Of a stretch of 64,000 nucleotides of DNA, positions 53,758 to 64,000 are shown in pieces. Origin of the DNA: Eledone cirrhosa (lineage: Eukaryota); NCBI GenBank assembly GCA_964016885.1, contig OZ024754.1, positions 41,478,001 to 41,542,000 of the forward strand, in the 5' to 3' direction. Both the position numbers and the translations under genes were made by a program. The notes under the pieces are model-generated. The model searched no databases, was not told where the DNA came from, and saw nothing but the letters and a program-made list of their open reading frames with translations. The first letter of the stretch is position 1, and each line of letters opens with the position of its first letter.

Positions 53758-54031
53758 AACCCATGCTAACATGGAAGATAGACATTAAACGATGATGATG
53801 ATGATGATGATGATGATGATATAATATGTATGTGTGTATTTATGTATATATATATATACATATATACATATATATGTATGTGTATATATGTATGTGTATA
53901 TATATATATATATAGATATGTAGTGTGGAAGAACGCACGTAAAACGGTGATGATGATAATATTTATATATGTATGTATATACATATATATTTTTGTATGT
54001 ATATATGTATGTATATACATGTATATTTATG

Positions 54032-54108
<77 letters not shown>

Positions 54109-54135
54109 TTATATATATATATATATATGTATATT

Positions 54136-54166
<31 letters not shown>

Positions 54167-54239
54167 TTATATATGTATGTATACACATATATATTTATGT
54201 ATGTATATTTGTATGTATATACATGTATATTTATGTATG

Positions 54240-54273
<34 letters not shown>

Positions 54274-54625
54274 TATAAGGATTATAATAATTGACATTTT
54301 CTAAACTACAAAACAACAAACAAATAAACAAAAAAAAAACAGACAAAAAAAACAGAAATAAAACAGAAATAACACAGACATAAAACAATAAATATTGAAT
54401 TAAATATTTTAGTTTGAGGAAATAAATAAGAAGCCACTAGAGAAAAATTTACCTTGAAGCTAAATGAAATAATGAATATATTTTAGAAATTTTAAACTTA
54501 TTCTTTGATTTATTTCAATATAATAATCAAAACTAGATGTGACAAAATGTTAACTGTAATCCTAGATATAGATTTTATATATATCACAATTATATACACG
54601 TATTTATATATGTATATATATGTAT

Positions 54626-54665
<40 letters not shown>

Positions 54666-55099
54666 GATATTAAACAAATGGAAACTATATTTATAAAACC
54701 ATATTTATTTCATTATACATATTTCAGGGATACCATATTAAAAATATGGCATGCCTTCGTCAGATAAAATACAATATATAAACAGTTTTATAAATAATTT
54801 TGACGTACCATATTATAAGCGACCATTATATTAGGAAGCTTCCTAATATAATGGTCGCTTATAATATGGTACGTCAAAATTATTTATAAAACTGTTTATA
54901 TATTGTATTTTATCTGACGAAGGCATGCCATATTTTTAATATGGTATCCCTGAAATATGTATAATGAAATAAATATGGTTTTATAAATATAGTTAACATT
55001 TGTTTAATATCATATATCTACTCCAAATACTTGTCGAGTGCTTTATATCAGTTATAAAATATTTACTTGTTGTAACCCAACAATTTTAAATAGAACTTT

Positions 55100-55101
<2 letters not shown>
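54666..55101 (+). mobile_element. Family-B Penelope-like fragment with a ~346-bp near-perfect palindrome
   Basis: Arms 54666-54838 and 54839-55011, centred on AAGCTT with no spacer; 3' extension to 55101 also seen at 13990-14085. Confidence 0.8.
54906..54971 (+). ncRNA. Type I hammerhead ribozyme motif (family B); mirror copy at 54706-54771 on the minus strand
   Basis: TATTTTAT-CTGACGA-AGGCATGCCATAT tttta ATATGGTATCCCT-GAAA-TATGTA-TA-ATGAAATA. Confidence 0.7.
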
Positions 55102-55137
<36 letters not shown>

Positions 55138-55513
55138 TATATACAATTATATACATGTATATATATATATATATATGGAGTGTTTGTGCATATATATGTA
55201 TATATATATGTGTATATATACATATATACATATATACATATATATATATACATATATATATACATATATATATATATATGTGTATATATATATATATATA
55301 TGCATATATATATATGTGTATATGTATATATAAATGTATATGTATATATATATATATGTATAAGTAATGTAAGTGTTGGGTTATATATGTAATGTGTGTG
55401 TATGGATATTCATATACATATATATATATATATGAGTGTGTGTATGTGTGTGCATATGTGTGTATCTGTGTGTATGTATGTATATGTGTATATATGTATG
55501 TATTTAAATTTGA

Positions 55514-55586
<73 letters not shown>

Positions 55587-55711
55587 ATATATATATATAT
55601 ATATTTGCTATTATTACAGATTAAAAGTTTAATTATGATCATGCTTAGGGTGAAAGCAGAAATTCATTGTTTAAACTTCTAATCTCTACTAATAATAAAT
55701 ATTTGCTCTAC

Positions 55712-55778
<67 letters not shown>

Positions 55779-55781
55779 TAT

Positions 55782-55820
<39 letters not shown>

Positions 55821-56055
55821 TTAGAAACACACAGATACATGCGGACACACACATATATACATGAATGCATCCGCACCCAACTGTGAGTTAAGGGTGCCAA
55901 CTTCACCGATGTTGCTCAATGAATGACTGGGACAGACCAATTCAGTTTGAACCAGACTGAACCAGTATCAGAGTTAAAAATACATTATGAAGAGAGAAGA
56001 AACATTTAGATATAATTAGTAATAAAATGTATCATACCTAAACTGCTCCTAAATT

Positions 56056-56135
<80 letters not shown>

Positions 56136-56136
56136 A

Positions 56137-56185
<49 letters not shown>

Positions 56186-56186
56186 A

Positions 56187-56241
<55 letters not shown>

Positions 56242-56245
56242 TATA

Positions 56246-56314
<69 letters not shown>

Positions 56315-56354
56315 TATATATATATGTGTATATATATATATAAATATATATATG

Positions 56355-56432
<78 letters not shown>

Positions 56433-56547
56433 ACCTATGAAATTTAATAATGAGATGGAATCTACAGGACTAGAACTGTTTCTTGTGTACAAAATCATTA
56501 GAAATGCTCATGCTCGCTCTCTCTCTCTATATATATATATATTGGTT

Positions 56548-56632
56548 GGTGACGCGTGTTTCACCACTGATCAGCTCAAAGTTCGATCTGTATCGATCTG
56601 ACCTGACTCTGTAATCTGCGGCTCATCAGACC
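56548..56632 (-). ncRNA. Type I hammerhead ribozyme motif (family F), copy 2
   Basis: Nearly identical to 53615-53699; GAAA-CACGCG-TC. Confidence 0.65.
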
Positions 56633-56666
56633 CCTTGTTATGGTAATGGAAAAATTTTATTTTATT

Positions 56667-56714
<48 letters not shown>

Positions 56715-56716
<2 letters not shown>

Positions 56717-57546
56717 ATCAATGTTTTAACATCCCTTTCTCTGATAGCAACACGGCATCGCTCCACACATCGCGACCCTTTGTCATTGCCTCAGTGACTC
56801 TCATTGATTTGAGGTCAGCTCTCACAACCTCAGCCCTGGTCTTTCTCAGTCTACCTCTATCGTGGCTTCCTTCCGTGACCTCTCAATTCAGAGAAGTAAC
56901 AGCTCTACCTGGAATGACCCTCTGATCTCCGACCTATACACTCTATTGAGTAACATTACTCCAAAGACCCTTTCAGAGGAAGCCAATTTCCGTTGCTTGT
57001 ATTCACGATCATATATTTTTCATAATTTCCCAAGATTTATGACCCTAGGTAAGGGTTGGCGCTAATACTGAATTGAAAATAGGGAGTTTGGCTTTTACGC
57101 CTGCCTCCCTTCTTCTGATTAAGGAATGCTGAAGCTGGCACATTGTTGCACCAGCTCCTGCAATTCTTGCCCTTAACCCTTTAGGATTTAAACCGGCCAT
57201 ATCTGGCCAGAATTCTTTCACCTCTTTCTATTCAAACCGGCTGTAACTGGCTCCTCATAGTGATGTTAAGGTATTGTTCTCAAAATAAGTAATACCAAAA
57301 TCTCATAGATTCGATATTATGTGATATAATTATGTGAGGTAAAGTGTTTACTATGAAAATACAATAGTATATATAGAGTATATATAGACAATACAATAGT
57401 ATATATATAGAGTAATGTAAATGTTATGTGAGGTAAAGTGTTTACTATGAAAATACAATAGTATATATATAGAGTAATGTAAATGCTAAAGGGTTAATTC
57501 AGCCTCCTGCCTTCCATCACTCATCAACACGGTCCCGAGATACTTA
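56715..57546 (-). mobile_element. Decayed RTE LINE RT/thumb region interrupted by a MITE
   Basis: KYLGTVLMSDGRQEAEL[MITE]RARIAGA...KAKLPIFNSVLAPTLT*GH...IQATEIGFL...RSEIR...QVELLLL; an RTE-type 3' end at 56715-56865. Confidence 0.8.
57173..57497. mobile_element. piggyBac-type MITE with TTAA target-site duplication
   Basis: TTAA|CCCTTTAG(G)ATTTA ... TAAATGCTAAAGGG|TTAA; removing it with one TTAA restores the RTE reading frame. Confidence 0.85.
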
Positions 57547-58050
57547 CAAAGCTTGGCTATGAGTAAAGCAAATTTCAAAATATTCAAAAGCCAAGGCAAC
57601 AATTGATAAGCAGAATGTAATATAAAATCACAATAAGCAGATAGTTTAAATGCCTGAATTTAGAAATATTATAAATATTAGACAATCAATTGCTATGCTG
57701 TCAGCTGTGTAAGTTAAAGGCACCAGATAAAACATCATACCCGAGTTTCGTACAAATTCCATGCAGATTCTGATATTTTATCTTTTGCTAACTTCATTTC
57801 CATTCTATTCTATTATTTCTGAATTGTATTTAATGATAAGCTCTGTGTGAATATATGCAATAGAGTGCACTAATATACAACATCCTGCATATATGCAGTA
57901 TTATACATACACACAATATTTTGAATATCTATTAAATAGAATCTTAAAATACGCAGTCATTTTGTATTTTATGACTTTCTGCTTTGAAATAAAGTCAATA
58001 TTTATTATCTACATTGGGCAGAGAAAGGGGATATCTGTGGTAGTTCTAAC

Positions 58051-58860
<810 letters not shown>

Positions 58861-58930
58861 CATATCTATCTAACTATCTATCTATCTATATATATATATA
58901 TCTGTCTCTCTATCTAGCTATCTATCTATA

Positions 58931-59491
58931 TTGATAGAGTCTATTGTAATGATCAAGCCGCCTCCCCTCTTCAAAAACGAAGAAGAGGCTGTGTTTCTGT
59001 GCGTAATAGCCATGGCGAAAGAGGTTGTATGGTGGACGCGTCTGAAAGGACTGAGGTCAGACACCTTTCTCTCTGGCCAACAACTGGTCCGTTTCTTCCG
59101 ATATCATTTCGGAAGAAGGATCAGGATGGAGAGAGAGGTGCTGCACCCCAGCCGTTTCTATGAAAGATGGGTGAAAGTGGCGAGAATGGCCCGTGTGAAT
59201 GGGCCTTCACTCTACATCAGACTATAGGTGAGGAAGATGAAAGACCAAGGGAGCACCCCTTCTCTGTGCTCCTGAGGAAAAGGGTTGCACACTTTTTTTC
59301 GGGGGTGTGTGCGACCCCCCCAAGGCGCCTCCTCTCTATTGAGGACTTTGTTATAAATTTCATTTTTTGTTATATTTTATTTTATTTTTATATATTGTTA
59401 TTGCCTCCTCCTTATTGAGGACGCCTTGTTTTGTAAACTCCCCCCTTTGTACTTGTCCCACTTTTGATGCCCTGGTGGCAAATAAAAGAAA
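58931..59491 (+). mobile_element. Tx1/L1-clade LINE 3' end (ORF2 C-terminus and 3' UTR)
   Basis: AVFLCVIAMAKEVVWWTRLKG...LVRFFRYH..RRIRMER...RFYERW (stop 59225-59227), fitting the K..IW..RN...F...W end of Tx1/L1 ORF2; AATAAA, then TATC repeats. Confidence 0.8.
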
Positions 59492-60236
59492 CATATCTAT
59501 CTATATATATATATATATCTGTCTCTCTATCTAGCTATCTATCCATCTATCTGTCTATATGTCTGTCCATGTGCACCACATGTCCATACCAACGCAGTCT
59601 TCTCTCCTACACACCACCTCAGAATCCCCTTAAACCCAGTTTCTCCCTCAACCCGTCCAAGCTCTGCCTTTCTCTCACACTTACATCACACATCCAACGA
59701 AGAATGGCTGCTTCATTTCTTCCCAATCTCCACATGTCCTTTGTAGTCACAGCCCATGTTTATTTTATCAAACCATGTAGTAAAACAAATGTTTTCATCA
59801 AACCATGTAGCAAAACAGATGTTTTTAAATAAAAAAAATGAAGTAAAACATGTTTTTATCAAACCATGTAGCAAAACAGATGTTTTTGTCAAACCATGTA
59901 GTAAAGCTGGAGATTGTGTCACTACCACATGTTATATATCGCAATGGTTTCATGTCTCTGAACAGTTAATTCACTTTAGTTCAGAAGACTTTCTCTAATT
60001 ATAAGGTGTAAAGGAAATTTTCAAGTGCTTTGAACAAAAGCAGAAACCATTGTTAATTCTGCACATAGATGCACATAGTCACACATACTGCACATAGTTG
60101 AACATACTGTACAGACTGTACATGCTACTAACACTGCCTTCAGAACTCTTGAGGAGAATGAGATACAATAAAATTGCTATAGATGGAACTAATCAGAATC
60201 CAATAAAGCTATTTCCTCTAATTACTCAATACTTTG

Positions 60237-61195
60237 ACTAGAAGTATAGTTACAGCTGTGACATACCTCTGTCACTAGAGCTATAGTTACAGCTGTGACA
60301 TACCTCTATCACTAGAACTATAGTTACAGCTGTGACATACCTCTGTCACTAGAACTATAGTTACAGCTGTGACATACCTCTGTCACTAGAACTATAGTTA
60401 CAGCTGTGACATACCTCTGTCACTAGAACTATAGTTACAGCTGTGACATACCTCTGTCACTAGAACTATAGTTACAGCTATGACATACCTCTATCACTAG
60501 AACTATAGTTACAGCTGTGACATACCTCTGTCACTAGAACTATAGTTACAGCTGTGACATACCTCTGTCACTAGAAGTATAGTTACAGCTGTGACATACC
60601 TCTGTCACTAGAACTATAGTTACAACTGTGACATACCTCTATCACTAGAACTATAGTTACATCTATGACATACCTCTGTCACTAGAACTATAGTTACAGC
60701 TATGACATATCTCTATCACTAGAACTATAGTTACAGCTGTAACATACCTCTATCACTAGAAGTATAGTTACAGCTGTAACATACCTCTATCACTAGAAGT
60801 ATAGTTACAGCTGTAACATACCTCTATCACTAGAACTATAGTTACAGCTGTGACATACCTCTGTCACTAGAACTATAGTTACAGCTGTGACATACCTCTG
60901 TCACTAGAAGTATAGTTACAGCTGTAACATACCTCTATCACTAGAAGTATAGTTACAGCTGTGACATACCTCTGTCACTAGAAGTATAGTTACAGCTGTA
61001 ACATACCTCTATCACTAGAAGTATAGTTACAGCTATGACATACCTCTATCACTAGAACTATAGTTACAACTGTGACATACCCCTATCACTAGAACTATAG
61101 TTACAGCTATGACATATCTCTATCACTAGAACTATAGTTACAGCTGTAACATACCTCTATCACTAGAAGTATAGTTATAGCTATGACATCTCTCT
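60237..61195. repeat. Minisatellite, 37-bp unit, ~26 copies
   Basis: ACTAGAACTATAGTTACAGCTGTGACATACCTCTGTC. Confidence 0.97.
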
Positions 61196-61895
61196 ACACT
61201 TGACAGAATAATTAAAAACAAAAATTGTTGAAAATGAAAGGAATAGGATTTATCTGTATCATATGTACTCATTAATGGATATGTTTCACACATACATTGA
61301 AGCAATCAAAAAGGAAAACAATTCTATTTGAGAAGTATTGACAAATTTTAGTAATTATTCATAAAGTTCTTGTAGAATTCAAGAGTTAACATTTTATATC
61401 CTTGAAAAATTAAAGGTTTGCCCGAAATGTTTGAAAGGAAATGAGAAAGTGTTTAAGACACTTTGTACTGAAATAGTTAATCTGTATGTCAAGTTTCTAG
61501 ATTATATTGAAAAAGATCTTTCTTCTGATATGGAGCCTTGCATCACTTATTTGATTGCTAATTAGGGAGCAGAAAAGGATTACGGGAAGTATTTTGACCA
61601 AGTTAGTAACCCCAAAGCAGTTTGTGGAAAATTACAAGGCTGATGAATAATTTAGTGATCTGCCAACACATAAAATGTGGGCTTGATAATTTGAGGAAGC
61701 TAAGAACATAGAAATGGTGCCCAAAATTGTTAAGAATCAGACTCTGAGGTTAAGAAATAGATAATCACAACCATATGGTTTAAGGTTCCATCCCACTACC
61801 AGATATTTTGACCAACTGTCTTCTGCTATAGACACAAGCTGACCAAAGACTAATGAGTGAATTTAGTAGGCAGAAAGTATGAAGACATCTATTGC

Positions 61896-61975
<80 letters not shown>

Positions 61976-62053
61976 CATATATATATATGAGCGTGAAACT
62001 AATAAACCTTTGTTCGTACTGCCTCTCTGTTTTGTTCCCGTTCAATTTTTTAC

Positions 62054-62106
<53 letters not shown>

Positions 62107-62139
62107 GTGTATATATATATATAAATATATATATATGTA

Positions 62140-62188
<49 letters not shown>

Positions 62189-62282
62189 TTCTTATTGGCA
62201 ACATGACCCTCCCAAAGCATAACAATATCGGTTTCAACACACGTTTTCAGATAAAGAATCTTGCTAAACAAATTTAGAAACA

Positions 62283-62315
<33 letters not shown>

Positions 62316-62383
62316 TATATAATGTATATATAAATAAATATATATATCATATATATATAACGTGTGTATGTGTTTGTGTGGAT

Positions 62384-62449
<66 letters not shown>

Positions 62450-62627
62450 TTGTGTGTGTTTATGTGTGTGTGTATGTGTATGTGTGCATGTGTGTCTGTG
62501 TGTGTATATGTGTGTATGTGTGTGTATATGTGTATATGTGTGTCTGTGTGTATATATGTGTGTCTGTGTGTGTTTCAATCCCCCTTAAAATGATTCTACT
62601 CTGTTGCCATTTGTTGTTTTAGTCCCA

Positions 62628-62962
62628 ACATGAAATCTCACACAAAATCTTGCACGACATCTCACATGAAATCTCGCATGACATCTCACACGAAATCTCG
62701 CACGACATCTCACACGAAATCTCGCACGACATCTCACACGAAATCTCGCACGACATCTCACACGAAATTTCCCACGACATCTCACACGAAATCTCGCATG
62801 ACATCTCACATGACATCTCACACGAAATCTCGCACGACATCTCACATGAAATCTCGCACAACATCTCACACGAAATCTCGCACGAAATCTCACTTGACAT
62901 CTCACACGAAATCTCACATAACATCTCACACGAAATCTCGCACGACATCTCACACGAAATCT
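62628..62962. repeat. 12/24-bp minisatellite
   Basis: CACGAAATCTCG-CACGACATCTCA alternating units. Confidence 0.95.
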
Positions 62963-63855
62963 GTTGCCAAATAGAAGAAGAACTCCATTAGCTTCCATGA
63001 AATTGTTCACCTGAAGTGTTTAAAGATAAAACATAGAAAACAAAGAGAAAAATGTAGGTAGTGTGTTAATGTAACATATTGAAATTGTTGACTCAAACAA
63101 ACAAGATTTGACAGAAAGTCCAACAACAGCAGCAGCAACAACAACAATAACAATTCATCAAGTATCTCCACCATCTTTGATGTCATTTCCAGATACTAGC
63201 AACAGATAGATTTCACTAATTTACTTAAAATCATCAACATATCATCCATTTTAATTGATTCACATTGCCACATGGTAAAACAACCACAACCTCCACCATC
63301 ACCACCCTACCAAAAAAAAATTCCACACAAAAAAAAAACGAACAGCAAAAAGTAACAAAACCCCACCAAAGACCTCCACCCCTCCAAAATAAGGGAGAAA
63401 AAAAATGAAAAAATTACACCCCCCCCCCCCCCAAAAAAGTAACCCTATAAAAAAATAACATGAATCCCCCCCCCCCCTAAAAATAACATGAATCCTCCCC
63501 CGAAAAAGTAACCCCCTAAAAAATAACATGAAACTCCCCCAAAAATAAATAGCAAAAGAGGGAGCCCCAAAAAATAACATGAACTCTGCCCCCCCCCCCC
63601 ATAACATGACCCCCCCCACACACACACACACAACAAAAAATGTTCCCGCCACACACGCACGAAAATGGAATAAGAAAATACAAAAAAAAAAAGCAAACCA
63701 ACCTAAAGTCCCCCCCCCCCCCCAACCTTATATATATATATTATATATCACATTCAAAGTTATAGATGTTAAACATGCGTCTCGTCTCCCAAAATAAGTT
63801 CAAAGAAAATTTCAAGGAATAAATCCAAACATTTAATCATTACAAAATAGTGAAT

Positions 63856-63923
<68 letters not shown>

Positions 63924-64000
63924 CATATATATCCAATGATATAAATGTACATTACATATCAATGTACATTACATATAAATGTACATTACATATAAATGTA

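Noticed and set aside
61260-61640. Possible decayed transposase sequence
   Set aside because: No diagnostic motif recognisable by eye
63300-63725. C-run/AAAAATAACATGAA degenerate repeat with G-quadruplex potential on the minus strand
   Set aside because: Low-complexity sequence with no evidence of function; not a telomeric repeat

Overview
AT-rich, repeat-dominated eukaryotic genomic DNA. The SINE, RTE and Tx1 families and the abundant (AT)n/(AC)n/(GAT)n tracts look like an octopus or other coleoid cephalopod; this is an inference. Only one host coding exon is supportable: a minus-strand first exon (17097-17286) with a signal peptide, resembling UPF0764/C16orf89. Nearly all long ORFs in the track are microsatellite or minisatellite artefacts. 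The rest of the window is retroelement debris and tandem repeats: two tRNA-headed SINE families, RTE LINE relics, a cluster of Tx1-like LINE 3' ends in (TATC)n, RLE-type (R4-like and CRE-like) LINE ends, a hAT relic, piggyBac- and Tc1/mariner-type MITEs, and more than a dozen minisatellite arrays. Most notable: (i) several distinct families of type I hammerhead ribozyme motifs in Penelope-like, often palindromic, inserts within (AT)n; (ii) a near-complete 5S rRNA fused to a SINE body and RTE tail; (iii) apparent microsatellite-targeting LINEs; (iv) minisatellites built from SINE Pol III promoter heads. Coordinates were read by eye and may be off by a few bases.
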